A stretch of DNA of 64,000 nt. It comes from a virus (Duplodnaviria; Heunggongvirae; Uroviricota; Caudoviricetes). Every line of letters starts with the position of its first letter. Within the stretch, counting starts at the first letter, position 1. The stretch is from IMG/VR virus record IMGVR_UViG_3300047476_000806; one strand, 5' to 3'. The position numbers were made by a program, and so were the translations under genes. The notes below the pieces were generated by a model, which was not told the origin of the DNA, did no database searches, and was given only the letters and a program-made list of their open reading frames with translations. Shown one piece after another: positions 1 through 12,077 of this stretch.

Positions 1-3000
1 TAACAAAACTACCAACATCAACTTCAGAAGAAGATGTTGAAATTTGTTTTTGATACAACTCAGCACCAGCAGAAACGTATGTTCTATCTGTTGTAGTTTC
101 TAAGTTACCGTTTGTTCTTCTAGCTACGTTAACTGTTTGGTTAGTTACTGTTGTAATTGTTTCGAACCATTTTGTATCCACAATCTTAGCAAATGGATTA
201 TCTTTATCGTTAATCCAATTTGGGTCAGTTTCGTAGTTTTGGTCAGAAATAAATTTAAATGCTTCATTAATAAAGTTGAATGCATTTTCAAGACCTTGAG
301 TAGAATTCAAAGTAACTTGAGCAGTAATATCAGTATCAACATCAGCAGAAAACTCTGGAGATAAACTTAATGTTCCGTGGAAGTTAGCATACAATGCGTT
401 TGCAATCGGAACTGCTTTAGTTGCATATGGTTGTGATGCCATTTCTGAAGTTGTGTAATTCAATAGTAAAGATTTTTTACCATTTACACCCGCAGTTTTG
501 AAATCACCAGAACTTGCAGATTCGTTTAAATTAAGTTTAAAGCTTCTCATTAGAGATGCTGGTTTTAATTCAGAATTCTCGATTAAGTTACGGTTATCGA
601 AACCAACATCAGAATAAGTTGCTTGAGTGCTTGTGTCAATAAAGTTATCAGTTAAGATACCATACTTAGAACGTTCTAATCCGTTAGCATCTAAAACTTT
701 AGTATCAGTCGCAGATTTTTCTAGTCCAGTTAATGCAACATAGTATTCCAAACTCTTAATACGATTTTCAAATGCACCAATATCTTTCATCGTGAATCGA
801 CGATTGTTTTTAAAGTCTGCACGAACTTCTTTAACTGATTCTGTGTAAGCAGGAATAGTTAATGTGTAAATCAACATATCTTGTTGGTCTACTGGTGGTG
901 CAATAGGTTTAACTGAAGGTTTACCTTTAATTACAGCAAATTCACGTGAAGGTTTAACTACAAGTTGGTCGATACGAGACAAGTAGTATTCAGCATTTAG
1001 TGTAGCAACACTATCAACATCAACGTTAACTGCACCGCTTAAAGTGTCTGAACCAATTGTTCTAGATGGTCTAAAGTCTAATGCTGAACGAAGTGGAGTT
1101 ACTTTACTATCAGATTTGTTATTGAAGTATGGAACTTCAGCATATGTAAAGTTAGAACCAGATTTCAAATAAGAATCAACAGTAAACAAACCATCAATTT
1201 GTGGTGATGGTGCTGATTGGTGTTTCAAGTATTTGTATTGAACATAGATGTTACCACGAGGTGAACTATATCCACGTTTAAGTTTGATTGTAGCATGGTC
1301 GTAATGTGTTTTTCTTTGACCATTATCAAACTCATAACTTGATGTAACATCATGTGCATCACTTGTTAACATTGCAGTTGTTAAGTTTGATGAAGTTGAT
1401 AATGAATCTGTAATACGAACAATTTGATATACATCAGGAACTTGTAAGCTTACAGTTTTACCTGGTGTTCTTAAATCTAATAATGCCGCAGTCTCATTGA
1501 AGAATGTTGCGCCAATATCAGTAAATACAATACCAACGTTAGATACAGCAACTTGATTCACAGAATTAGAAGCATCTAATGTGTCTGTTCCATCTAATTC
1601 AACAGGAACTTTATCGTGCATCAATGGTAATAATGGATTTAATTGTTTGCCACGAATAGCACCAGTTGTTCCGTTTTCTGCATTATTAACTTTAGTTTTA
1701 ACGATAAAGTCAGCACGAACACCGATAGTGCCCATATCAATACTTAATGTCGTAGGACTTACTGCCGTAACAGTGAAGTAATTATTAGCTAAACTTAATA
1801 TAGTGTTTGCAACAATACCAGAAGTACCGTTTGAAGCTGTGTTATAGTTTGTGAAACAAATAATGTTATTAATAATTGTTGAATCATCTAATACGCCACC
1901 TGCACCTGCAAAGGCGAAAGTATCAGTACCTTCAGTAGAAAGTGTGATGATACCTGAAGCGTCAGATACTTTAGAAGCGTATAATTTACGAGCATAGAAG
2001 TCTAGATTATCAATAGAATCTTCTTTAACCGCATCAAAAGGTAAATCAAAAATCAAACTTTGTCTATTTGGTTCTGAGATATATGCAAAACCTGTTAGAG
2101 TATCTTTAGAATCAGCATCAATATTTGCCGCAAAAGTTTTTGATAAACCATTACGTGAGATTACAGATTCAGCAACTTTAAAGTCTGAAACGATTGCAAA
2201 AGTGTTTGCGCTTGATGGTGTAAATGGTAAACTAGATGATAAGAAAATAGTTTTATTTGAACCATTTGACGAAGCGATTTTAATTGGAGAAATAGAAGCA
2301 CCGCCAGCATCAGTGATGCGGAAGTACATATTAGCATATGCATTATCTCCAGTAGTACTTGAGAAGCTTGCTGGTAATGTAATAGTCTGTGTGTTTGAAG
2401 CACTTGCTATAGTACCAGTAATAGATGAACCATTAACATCAAATACGTTTGTAGATAATGAGAAGGTTTGTCCGTTAGCAGAATCTGTAGAGTCGTTATA
2501 TTTAACAGTACTTACACGAAGAGAACCGATTAAAGTTGAAGTGTACGCTGTATTTGTTGATACGTTTACGTTTGTTACAGGAACACAGTGAATATCAAAC
2601 TTAGGAAAGTCTGTGATTAATAAACTACCACTAATATCTTTAAAAACAACAGAACTTCTTACCGCTGTAGGTAAGTCGTAATCTGCAATATTCGAAGTAT
2701 CTCTACCTCTATCAACAGTGATTGTTGACGGTGCAATTGTTTGGAATTCATAACCACCAACATATGCTTTACCTGGGTCTAATACAGCAGAAAATTTACC
2801 TGTTTGTAAATTATTGTTAGCATCGAAGCTTTCTTCTTGTAATGAAATTACAAATGGGTCAACTGTATAGTTACCTGATTCATCAAAAGTACGACGAGCA
2901 AGTGTTTTTTCAATTTCGCTGTAGATTGGATATTCAATCTCTTTAGTTTTAACACCATTTACAATACGAATGATTTCAAAGAATGAAGATGTATCAGCAG

Positions 3001-3753
3001 AATCTAAAGTGCGTTTTGCTAGTGTTGTTGTAATTTTATAACGATTTGCACCTGGTGCTTGATAGTTATATGCACCTTGCGCTGGGTCTAATAAAGATGA
3101 ATCGTCGATATAATCAACAATAGATTCTTCAAACTCGATACCAATTTTGTATGATGGTTGTGTAAATACTGTAGCTGATTGGTGACCAATTCTATAAAAC
3201 GTTTCTAATACTAAGAATTGAGGACTAACTTTAACAAATTGTCCTTGGAAGTAATATACACCATCTTGGATGTTTGCAACGTAAGAACGACCAACAGCGT
3301 TAGCTGAAACTAATTGAGCAAAGTAGTTTTGTCCGTAAACTTTAAGTTCATCATTCTCAGCAAATAACTCACCACTTAAATATTTTAAAATAAGAACTGG
3401 ATATGCACCTGAAGTATCGACAGCGATAACTTTGGCACGAATCTGTTTTGTTGAATTATATGATATAATAGTTTTATCTAAGAAATCACTAGCATTAATA
3501 TCTATACCATTATATTGTGTGTTCAATGTGATATAGTTTGCTCTATCATCTAAAGAAATTTTACCGCCTACAATAGGACTACCACTTTTGAAAATGTGAT
3601 TACCAAATTTTTCAATTTGATTAGATAAAATTGTTTGTAGTTGTGTTAGTTCACGTGCCTGAACAGAATATCCTGGTTGAAACAGAACTCTTAAAAAGTT
3701 CTTGTCTTCATCAAAGTCATCGTAATATGGCTGATAGTTGAACGTGGTTGTCA
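1..3753 (-). CDS. large virion structural protein, partial (baseplate/fibre-associated, >1250 aa; gp9/gp10 position)
   Basis: ATG at 3753 (MTTTFNYQPYYDDFDEDKNFLRVLFQPGY...) opens a frame that runs to the window edge without a stop. It follows the gp8-like gene in the coupled operon. No other long ORF lies on this strand in 1-3.7 kb. Confidence 0.5.
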
Positions 3754-3764
3754 TTTTTTACCTT

Positions 3765-5093
3765 TTAAAAACTTATTATAAATCGAATTTTATCTATTTG
3801 GTTATCGTCTCGACTGATTTTTTCTTTTTCAGAAACGAATAGTATTTTACCAGAATACTTTTTCATCTTAGGTTCTGTAACACTTGATGCAATACGAGTA
3901 GCACCAGATGTAAATCCTTTAATTGCTTGGTTTACTGCTAGTGTTCCTTTAAGATTATTTACATATAGTTTATTGTTAACTTCATCAAAAGAAACTACTT
4001 CGGCTGAAAATGATGATGAGCCGTATGTTAAACCTTGAAACACAATTTCATCGTTACTGAAATCACCAATACCTGGTGAAGTATTTATAGTCGTATATAA
4101 TGGGTAATATTCGTCTGTACATAATTCACCCGTAGTAGCATCAACGGGATTATGTACTAACAATACTTCACGAAAGTCATTGTCTGTTGGATATATTCCA
4201 TTAGGACCAGGACCTTCAAACTGAATACATGTCATAATATTATTAGCACCCAATTCATAAACTGGGTCAAAACCGTGTCCGTTTTGTGGTGAAATTTTAA
4301 TTACAGCTTCAGCACCTGAACCATTGCCGCCAGAAACATCTGAGAATCTAACATTCGCACGAGTGTAATTTTCACCTCTATTTTGAATAATGATGTCACT
4401 AACTCTACCACTAACAACGTTAGCTTTTAAAATAGCACCAGTTCCATCACCTTCAACGGTAATAATACTTTGAACAGGACCACTCACATAATTGTTACCT
4501 GCATTCGTGATATTAACAACATCAATACTTCCATTGATAGCGGCATCAGCTACGAATTTGTTTGTTAACGCTGGCATCCAATCTTCATTCATAAACCATT
4601 GTTTTTCGAATGATGAAATTGTATATAAGTATTTCCACCTATATGAATCAGCAGTAATAATATAAGGTTCTTCAAGTGAAGTTGTTGATAATACTAGTGA
4701 TGGTTCAGCAGTTGATTGAGCACCATTATTATTAAATAAACATTTAAAAACTTGGTCATTAGAATTCTTTACATAAAAATTTGAGCTAGATTCGTATGTG
4801 TTATATACTGTATTTGCTCTCCAGTCGATTCTAGGAACAACATAGTTAGCATTAACTAAAGAAGCAACACGAGCACCGTAAGCACGTCTCCAATATTCAT
4901 TCAAATCATCAATAGATTCACCAGGAGTTGGAACAATTTCTGTACCTGAATTCCATGGAGTTTGTTTACCAATAACAGCGAATACATATGATTTTCTGTC
5001 GGCTGGTAAATATGAGTTTGCACCAAGATTAAGCAGATTTAAAAACTGCGTGGTCATTAGTGTTCTGAAGTTTTTTGTGATTAGATTATTCAT
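3765..5093 (-). CDS. gp8: baseplate wedge protein, gp8-like
   Basis: The N-terminus (KNFRTLMTTQF...GKQTPWNSG) resembles the T4 gp8 N-terminus (FRT...GRSEPWSS). It sits downstream of the gp7-like gene. Confidence 0.5.
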   Translation of the reverse strand: MNNLITKNFRTLMTTQFLNLLNLGANSYLPADRKSYVFAVIGKQTPWNSGTEIVPTPGESIDDLNEYWRRAYGARVASLVNANYVVPRIDWRANTVYNTYESSSNFYVKNSNDQVFKCLFNNNGAQSTAEPSLVLSTTSLEEPYIITADSYRWKYLYTISSFEKQWFMNEDWMPALTNKFVADAAINGSIDVVNITNAGNNYVSGPVQSIITVEGDGTGAILKANVVSGRVSDIIIQNRGENYTRANVRFSDVSGGNGSGAEAVIKISPQNGHGFDPVYELGANNIMTCIQFEGPGPNGIYPTDNDFREVLLVHNPVDATTGELCTDEYYPLYTTINTSPGIGDFSNDEIVFQGLTYGSSSFSAEVVSFDEVNNKLYVNNLKGTLAVNQAIKGFTSGATRIASSVTEPKMKKYSGKILFVSEKEKISRDDNQIDKIRFIISF

Positions 5094-5105
5094 ATTGTAT
5101 ATTTA

Positions 5106-7865
5106 TTATAGATTTTCTAAAATAGTTATTACAGAATTAGAATTTGTTCTGAAATTTACGTCTACTGTAATGGTATTACTTGAAACATTTGAAACTGTTC
5201 TAACTTCATTGTATATAATTGAAAGATTTATGGTGTTTGCAGTAATATTAAGTGTGTTTGCAATATACAAATTATTAGCACTAATAACATTAGATACAAC
5301 AACAGTATTTCCAGATTCTAGATAAATCGTATCACCTTCAAGAAGGTCATTAATAAAGTTTGTATTTGTTCCGTAAATAACATTACCTGATACATTAATA
5401 GTACCATTGATTTGTCGTGATATGTTTGTTAAAATTACAGTATCACCAACAGTTACTGTATTTGCTAAATCAACAGAAGTGTTAGCAATCATCAAGTTAG
5501 AACCATTTGACACATTAAATGTAGGAGATAATGTAGTAACAATTTGATGACTAACATTACCTTGACCTAATACTGAAACTTCATGAGTCTCAATTCTAGT
5601 AGCAAAAACTTTCATACCTGCCGGATGAATTATATTTGATACTGTATTCTTAAAGAATTTATAATCATAATTAGATTTAATCGCATAAGTGAAGTTGTTA
5701 TATCTAATAGCATCTTGAAGTTTTTTATCCCAATTCAAGAAACCTTCAGTATTCAAGTAAATACCAGGATATCTAATTAGACCATTTTCAAATTTAGCAG
5801 TCGCTCTAGCTAAACCGTTTCCGTAATATGAAATTGAATTTGAAACAACGTTAGCTGAAATTAAACCATCGTCTGTAATTAAAGGAAGACTTTCGTTTAA
5901 AGTACCTGCATAATCAAAAATTCTTAATGAATTATTAGCTTCAAAATATCTATCAACATAAGCGGTAAATGTTGAAACTGTGTTTGATGCACCTTGATAA
6001 ATTTTTGTGTTTGTTGAAAAAACTTGGCCGGATGTGATGTTACTAACAACTAAATCAGCATTTCTTAAAGAAACTGTAGGTGTTTGAACATAGTCATAAC
6101 CATAACTAGATACTTTTAATTTTGAAATAGCACCAATTCTACTTGTCGCTAAATCTAATTCTTCACCGTCACCTGCAATTTCAGTAACTCGAATAACAGC
6201 GTTTGAGCCGTTAGCTGAAACTACTGATACTGAAGGTAACAAAGCTTGAGTATAACCTTCACCTGCAATAATATATTCATTATTAGCTGGCGCAACGAAC
6301 GCCACTTCAATAATTGTATTTGAATTAGAAGCGTCTACTTGAGTAACAATAGCATTAGCACCATAACCTGTTCCTCCAGTGAATACTAGAACATCGTTTG
6401 CTCTATAGTTTTGACCACCAGATTCAATTTTTAATCTACCTAAAGAACCTAATCTGTCAAGTCTTTTTCTCAAGAAAGAATATACTTGAGCATTCACTAG
6501 TTCGTTTTCTAGAGGTGCCTCAAATGTTACTGTGTTTGCAGTTACTGTTTGTACTGTTCGAACGGCTTCGTATCGTGAAGGAATAACAAATTTAAAAGAT
6601 TCACCTGGTGCAAATTTTGATGTTAAATCAACAGAAGAGTTTACAAAATACGATGCTCCGTTAGTTACGTTTACTGTATTTAATAATAAAACTTCGTTTG
6701 AAATCAATTCTTCAGCATATAAACTTAATACATTGGTTTCAGGTTTTCTAATATAACCGACACCTTCACCAGTAACAGTTAAGTGAGATATTGGTTGAAC
6801 GTCGAAAGATTGTAAGGTTGATAAAGATAAAATACTATTACTTTCAACGTTAGCAATCGCAATAACATAAATTGTTTCTAGTGTAGTTCTACTTACGTTC
6901 ATTTGACGTGCGTTTGCTGTGTCAACCAAATCGATATTAGCAACGGCTTCAGTAACATCAGATATACTTTGGAAACCGCCTCTAAAAACAACTAGACTTG
7001 AATTTGGGTCTGTGATAGGATTTCTAAATCCAAAGCCTTCTTTTTTTACCCAAATATCTGTTACAGAACCTTGAGTAACTTCACCTACAGTTGCAATAGC
7101 ACCAATAGGAGTATTTGCGATACCATCAAAACCACCAACAATAGAAACAGGGTCACCTACTTTGTAATATAAACCTCTAGCATCAGGGTTAATATTAATT
7201 TCAGATAAAGAACCAACTAATCGTCCTGTTACTGTAACCGGTAAGTTATTATCATCATAATAAGTTGAATATACAGTCTCACCTGTAGAAAATGTTCGGT
7301 CAACATTTGAAACATAAACTTCAATGTATTGAATACCTAATTGTCTATCAATAGACTTAACAACGTTTTCAACAATAGCTGTAGCTTTTGATGTAACACC
7401 AGTTAATTTTGTTTTTGTAATATTAAATATGTTTGTGTCGGCTGTATCGATACGTAGTGCTAAAGGTAAAGCCCAACGACCATCAGACGCTTTAAAAATA
7501 TCATCTTTAGGTAAATAGATATCAATATTCTCATTAAATAGTGTTCTGAACAAGAATTTGATTGCTGGTACAGTACCTTTAGATTTATAAAATTCTGTGG
7601 CAAACTTTAAGAATTTTCTTTTATCTAGAGCAATATCTACAGGTAAAAAAGGTAATAATTCTTTTTTAAGTTCTTCGATATAAAAATCATCAGCTAAATC
7701 AATATTGTTAGCGTTTTGTAAATCACCGGCTTCTTTTGAAATGTTTGAATTCTGCTCAGTCCATTCATAGTATTTCTCTAAGAATGTGACGAACATAGGA
7801 TATTCACTGCGAATGAAATCCGGGATTTGTGATTTGACTATACTAGAAACTAAGATGTCGGTCAT
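5106..7865 (-). CDS. gp7: baseplate wedge protein, gp7-like (919 aa)
   Basis: Large ORF in the gp7 position between gp6 and gp8. Its start overlaps the gp6 stop (TAATG). Assignment is by synteny. Confidence 0.4.
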   Translation of the reverse strand: MTDILVSSIVKSQIPDFIRSEYPMFVTFLEKYYEWTEQNSNISKEAGDLQNANNIDLADDFYIEELKKELLPFLPVDIALDKRKFLKFATEFYKSKGTVPAIKFLFRTLFNENIDIYLPKDDIFKASDGRWALPLALRIDTADTNIFNITKTKLTGVTSKATAIVENVVKSIDRQLGIQYIEVYVSNVDRTFSTGETVYSTYYDDNNLPVTVTGRLVGSLSEININPDARGLYYKVGDPVSIVGGFDGIANTPIGAIATVGEVTQGSVTDIWVKKEGFGFRNPITDPNSSLVVFRGGFQSISDVTEAVANIDLVDTANARQMNVSRTTLETIYVIAIANVESNSILSLSTLQSFDVQPISHLTVTGEGVGYIRKPETNVLSLYAEELISNEVLLLNTVNVTNGASYFVNSSVDLTSKFAPGESFKFVIPSRYEAVRTVQTVTANTVTFEAPLENELVNAQVYSFLRKRLDRLGSLGRLKIESGGQNYRANDVLVFTGGTGYGANAIVTQVDASNSNTIIEVAFVAPANNEYIIAGEGYTQALLPSVSVVSANGSNAVIRVTEIAGDGEELDLATSRIGAISKLKVSSYGYDYVQTPTVSLRNADLVVSNITSGQVFSTNTKIYQGASNTVSTFTAYVDRYFEANNSLRIFDYAGTLNESLPLITDDGLISANVVSNSISYYGNGLARATAKFENGLIRYPGIYLNTEGFLNWDKKLQDAIRYNNFTYAIKSNYDYKFFKNTVSNIIHPAGMKVFATRIETHEVSVLGQGNVSHQIVTTLSPTFNVSNGSNLMIANTSVDLANTVTVGDTVILTNISRQINGTINVSGNVIYGTNTNFINDLLEGDTIYLESGNTVVVSNVISANNLYIANTLNITANTINLSIIYNEVRTVSNVSSNTITVDVNFRTNSNSVITILENL

Positions 7866-9961
7866 TACATTGATTCTATGTTAGAAGCGTATACTGGAAC
7901 CATTTCAACCACAACCGATGTTGGGTCTTCTTCATCCAATACAAGCATTTTATTTTTTTCTGATTTGATTGTTGTTGCTTTTGGTCTAATATTTATAGAC
8001 AAATAACCAAACAAATCTGATACCGATATAGGATTAAAATCTGTTAAGGTAACTTTACCCATCAAGTAATCAATTGTTCCAGCAACACCATTATTTCTAT
8101 TCTGATTAATTACAACTTTTGTGTTTTGGCTTGTGACTTCATCAGCTTTGTAATAAACAATACGTAATTGGCCATATCTTCCTTGCAATACTGCATTAGC
8201 ACTTGCTGATTGTCCGCCACCTCCAACAATTCGAATTGAAGTTGAAGTGTAACCAATACCAGGATTAGTTACTGTGATAGAATTAATTTTACCATTTACA
8301 ACAGTTGCGAACGCTGAAGCACCAGTACCATCACCAATAATTTCAATAGATGGAGTTCCTGTGTAATTAAAACCAGGATTAGATACTGCTATCGATTCAA
8401 CGCCTGTATATGATGAAGGAATTTCTTCAATTAAACATTCACGCAACACACCATCTTCATCTAGCATTGAGAAAGCAGGTGATGAATAGAAGTTATCGAA
8501 TGTAGTACCTCTTTGTAGTTCTATACCAAAATCTAATTCATAACTGTTTGATGTAATTAAATTTGGTCTAAATCTTTTACTAATAAACACTTCTAAGTCG
8601 TTAGATAAAATAGAATTACTATATCTATCAACAGTTGTTTTTAATCCTGAAGATTTAAATATAGTATTAAACTTGTTTAAGTTAGTTGTACAATAATCTT
8701 CAACAGCAGATTTTACACCAGCTTGAAGAGTTGTTTGATTTGTTGTTGTCTTAGCTGGGTCAAAATAAACTTTACTTGTCAATTTTAAATAGTTATAATC
8801 AACATCAACAATCTCAGGTGTAACAGTTAACACACTGATTGGCTTAATAATTTTATTAATTACATAATCTTTTTCAGTTTGAGTTACTTCAAAACCTAAT
8901 TTAGGTTTAGCTGAGATGAATACTTTACCAAAAATAGGAGGTATGTTTTCTTCACCACCCCAAACATTTACTGCTTCGAATGCTGGATATTTTTGTTGAA
9001 TCAATCTAACATAATCGTTTTTAGTAACAGCACGATTTTGTGAAGTCAAAGATAACGGTGCTGAATATTTAATCTCATCAACAGTTTCTCTAGCGGCTCC
9101 TGACGAAGCTTTAACTACTGAGTCGATTGTTACATTAATATAGCTTCCGATAGCTGTGGCTAATGTGAAGTTGTTTGCACCATTAGGTACTGGTCCGTTT
9201 GTGATTAAGTATGTCAAAGTAACAATAGCACCATCAGGTAGTTTCTTACCTACAACATCATCACCAAAGAAGATTTGATACTTGCCATCTAATGACTCTT
9301 CGATATAATACACTTCATCAGTTTGAGCAACATTGATAACATCGGTTGCTCTATTATAAACAGAAACTTGTGTGTTACTTGCTGAAGGTCGAACAGATAC
9401 TTTTAATGTAGAGATGTCTACATTAGGGTCATTAATCGTAAATGTTTGTCTAGGATTAGATGATTGAGTGTGTGTATAGTTGTAAGATACTAATTCACCT
9501 TCATAAACTGGTACATTAATAAAGTTAAATTTAGTGTTTGATTTTGATACTGAAACTGCATCAAGAACAATAAATCTGTAAGGACGATTATCAATCATAT
9601 TAGATATGAATGTTTGTCCTGCTTCCATTGTTAGAGTGCCTGTATTTGAAGAGTTGGTTTCTACAGATACATTAATAATAGCTTTTGATGCTTTAGTTGA
9701 ACGTGGAGTGTAACCCATCTTTTTAGCATGAGAAACAACAGAATTTCTTAATAATGCAGTGTCTAAGAATGATTCGTTAGCAATCATGTTTAGATAGTAT
9801 GCATTATAGTGAGTGTTATAGGCTAATAAATCTAATAAAACAGCCATACCAGAACCTTCAAAATCATAGTCTTGAAATTCTGATTGTTGTTTTAAGAAAT
9901 TCTTTAAGTTAGATTTAATTGTATCAAAATCTAATGCTGTAACTTGTAAGCGGTCTGCCAT
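7865..9961 (-). CDS. gp6: baseplate wedge protein gp6
   Basis: The N-terminal motif QSEFQDYDFEGSGMAVLLDLLAYNTHYN matches T4 gp6 (QNEFLDYDFEGSRLNVLCDLLAYNT). Size 698 aa versus 660 aa in T4. Confidence 0.75.
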   Translation of the reverse strand: MADRLQVTALDFDTIKSNLKNFLKQQSEFQDYDFEGSGMAVLLDLLAYNTHYNAYYLNMIANESFLDTALLRNSVVSHAKKMGYTPRSTKASKAIINVSVETNSSNTGTLTMEAGQTFISNMIDNRPYRFIVLDAVSVSKSNTKFNFINVPVYEGELVSYNYTHTQSSNPRQTFTINDPNVDISTLKVSVRPSASNTQVSVYNRATDVINVAQTDEVYYIEESLDGKYQIFFGDDVVGKKLPDGAIVTLTYLITNGPVPNGANNFTLATAIGSYINVTIDSVVKASSGAARETVDEIKYSAPLSLTSQNRAVTKNDYVRLIQQKYPAFEAVNVWGGEENIPPIFGKVFISAKPKLGFEVTQTEKDYVINKIIKPISVLTVTPEIVDVDYNYLKLTSKVYFDPAKTTTNQTTLQAGVKSAVEDYCTTNLNKFNTIFKSSGLKTTVDRYSNSILSNDLEVFISKRFRPNLITSNSYELDFGIELQRGTTFDNFYSSPAFSMLDEDGVLRECLIEEIPSSYTGVESIAVSNPGFNYTGTPSIEIIGDGTGASAFATVVNGKINSITVTNPGIGYTSTSIRIVGGGGQSASANAVLQGRYGQLRIVYYKADEVTSQNTKVVINQNRNNGVAGTIDYLMGKVTLTDFNPISVSDLFGYLSINIRPKATTIKSEKNKMLVLDEEDPTSVVVEMVPVYASNIESM

Positions 9962-9962
9962 A

Positions 9963-10367
9963 TTATCTTACTCTGTTTAATGAAAATTGAATTGTTATTG
10001 GTTCTGTTCTTGATAGAATGTAAAATTCCATACTAATTCTATACGCATTATTATCAAAATCAGGTGATGCTGAGATTCTAGATACTTTTGCTCTTGGTTC
10101 ATAAGTTGCGATTACTTGACTAATTTCACGCTCGAGTGCGGCTGAAGTAATCTTGTCCATATTTTCAAACAATAATGAATAGACATTAGAACCAATATCT
10201 GGCTGAAAAGGACGCTCATAATGTTTTGTCATAACCAAATTCTTAATAGAATTGATTACTGCCATAGCATCGGTGTTTTTATTAATATCTTTCTTAACTG
10301 GATGTGGAATAAAGTTTAAATCCAGGTCGATATATGATTTATTTGTATTTAGTGTCGTAGTAGCCAT
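9963..10367 (-). CDS. gp25: baseplate wedge protein gp25 (gpW/lysozyme-like fold)
   Basis: 134 aa. The motif KHYERPFQPDIGSNVYSLLFENMD matches the T4 gp25 motif RKGSRPFDPEFGCDLSDQLFENM. Confidence 0.7.
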   Translation of the reverse strand: MATTTLNTNKSYIDLDLNFIPHPVKKDINKNTDAMAVINSIKNLVMTKHYERPFQPDIGSNVYSLLFENMDKITSAALEREISQVIATYEPRAKVSRISASPDFDNNAYRISMEFYILSRTEPITIQFSLNRVR

Positions 10368-10374
10368 CTATTAT

Positions 10375-11223
10375 TTATGTGTTGATTCTAGATAAAAGTT
10401 TAGGAGTACCAATAAATTCATCAAGTAATTTGTCTGCGGTCTCACCTCTATTACTAAAAACACGCAAGCTTCGCATTTCTTCTAAGACATCGTTAGAATT
10501 TCTAAAGAAATTAATATCATGGTCAGTTCTTTCTTTCAACACAGCATCTATAGTGTTCACAGTCGAATACATGGTTTGTAATGTAGATTCAGATAGATTT
10601 GAAGTTAAAATACTATAGGTGTTTGGGAAAATACCACCAATCGTAATCGTAATACTATTTTTAATAATCTGAGGATATGTTTGTGCAGTTATAACTAAAC
10701 TACTTACGTTAGAGTCAACAAACAAACTAGTAAAACTTCCCATAATTGGTGCATTGTTTTGAATGTTATCAGTCTGATTTGTTAAATACATCACGCCTTG
10801 TCCCGTAGACATTGCAGTAACATAGTACGGAAATAAAGCATCTTCTTCAACCGAACCTAATGGAGTAACACCTGAAATTTTATCTGTGTGTTCAATAAAC
10901 AAATCTGCGGCACCATTAGATGATGCTAAGTTTGCTGATTTCGCATATAATTGATTAATCAATATTGAAGTGGCACTTGATGTACCATTGACATTAAATG
11001 TGTTTGAAGCTATTAAACCTGAAACAACAATAACATTATTTGCGACATTAGATACTGGATTCTTAAAATATCCATTCACATCATCGTTCGCTAAGTCGGT
11101 AACTTGCCAAGGCTCTAAAAGCTGAGGCACTGTGTTTAAATATTCTAAAACTTTATCAGACAATGCTATGACATTATTTGAATCTGTATAGTTAAAACCT
11201 AATCTTTCAAAAACTCCGCTCAT
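10375..11223 (-). CDS. baseplate component, unknown (282 aa)
   Basis: ORF within the coupled baseplate operon between the spike and gp25. No recognisable motif. Confidence 0.4.
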   Translation of the reverse strand: MSGVFERLGFNYTDSNNVIALSDKVLEYLNTVPQLLEPWQVTDLANDDVNGYFKNPVSNVANNVIVVSGLIASNTFNVNGTSSATSILINQLYAKSANLASSNGAADLFIEHTDKISGVTPLGSVEEDALFPYYVTAMSTGQGVMYLTNQTDNIQNNAPIMGSFTSLFVDSNVSSLVITAQTYPQIIKNSITITIGGIFPNTYSILTSNLSESTLQTMYSTVNTIDAVLKERTDHDINFFRNSNDVLEEMRSLRVFSNRGETADKLLDEFIGTPKLLSRINT

Positions 11224-11232
11224 AATTTTCCC

Positions 11233-12069
11233 TTAAATCATTTTCAATATAGGTGGACTTGTCCAGCCTCTTGGTGCTTTGTGAATGTGTGTATTGTAGA
11301 AATTCGTGTTTATTGTATCTGTCATTAAAATTGCAGTCATTAAACCAAAATTACCCATAGGCGCATTTACTGAAATTGCCGCATTTACAGTTGTAACAGC
11401 GTTTACTGAACCTAAAGCATAAACACAGAATGGAACAGCAACAGGAATACCTAAAGATAAACCACCTAATACAGACACGAATCCTAAAGGACCTGCACTA
11501 ACACCAGTTCCTGCATCAACTCTAGTCATCGATGTGATTTTATCTGCGGTTAATTCACCAGCAATAGCCAAATCAGAATTTAAATATACGTGGTCACCAG
11601 TTGAGATTGTGATTGAACCTAGAGCACCAGCATTAGCACCAATCGTCATATCATCTTCAGATAGAATCTTAGATTTACCTTTAACTACTTGAGTTAAATC
11701 GCCTCTAATTTCTTGTTCTAAATTACCATCAATACGTTCATATTTGTTACCTTTGACGTGCATTGTGGCATCACCTTCAATAGTGATATTACAATGTCCT
11801 TTAATTAGTATATTTTTGTCTTTAGCAACAATTTCATAACCTTCACCAACAATCTTAGTAACTTGAGTGCCGTCAGAATGAGTTTCTGTAAATGTTCCTG
11901 AACGGTGTTGAAGTCGAACACGTTCTCTACCAGGAGTATCATCCATTTCGAATGAGTGTCCTGATTCTGTTTGTGTTACGTTATTATATGGATACTGAGG
12001 TGGATTTTCAGCCGTCGCTTGCGACTCTGGTTCGGTCCATCCTCTATCAAAATCTGGTTTAACTGCCAT
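11233..12069 (-). CDS. central spike beta-helix protein (gp5 C-terminal-like) with C-terminal HxH apex
   Basis: Gly/Val-rich repeated beta-helix-like segments and a C-terminal NTHIHK motif, as in the iron-binding HxH spike tips of P2 gpV and phi92 gp138. It immediately follows the gp5 OB-domain gene. Confidence 0.5.
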   Translation of the reverse strand: MAVKPDFDRGWTEPESQATAENPPQYPYNNVTQTESGHSFEMDDTPGRERVRLQHRSGTFTETHSDGTQVTKIVGEGYEIVAKDKNILIKGHCNITIEGDATMHVKGNKYERIDGNLEQEIRGDLTQVVKGKSKILSEDDMTIGANAGALGSITISTGDHVYLNSDLAIAGELTADKITSMTRVDAGTGVSAGPLGFVSVLGGLSLGIPVAVPFCVYALGSVNAVTTVNAAISVNAPMGNFGLMTAILMTDTINTNFYNTHIHKAPRGWTSPPILKMI

Positions 12070-12077
12070 TTAAATCC

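Noticed and set aside
2202-2591. Plus-strand ORFs (137-364, 1581-1781, 2202-2591) and minus-strand ORF 2161-2403 inside the giant structural gene
   Set aside because: They are antisense or alternate-frame ORFs lying within a continuous >1250-codon frame on the minus strand. They have no RBS and are most likely spurious.
5050-6756. Plus-strand ORFs 5050-5325, 6398-6586 and 6532-6756 within the gp7/gp8 region
   Set aside because: They are antisense to the well-supported gp7-like and gp8-like genes. They are low-complexity, lack an RBS and are likely artefacts.
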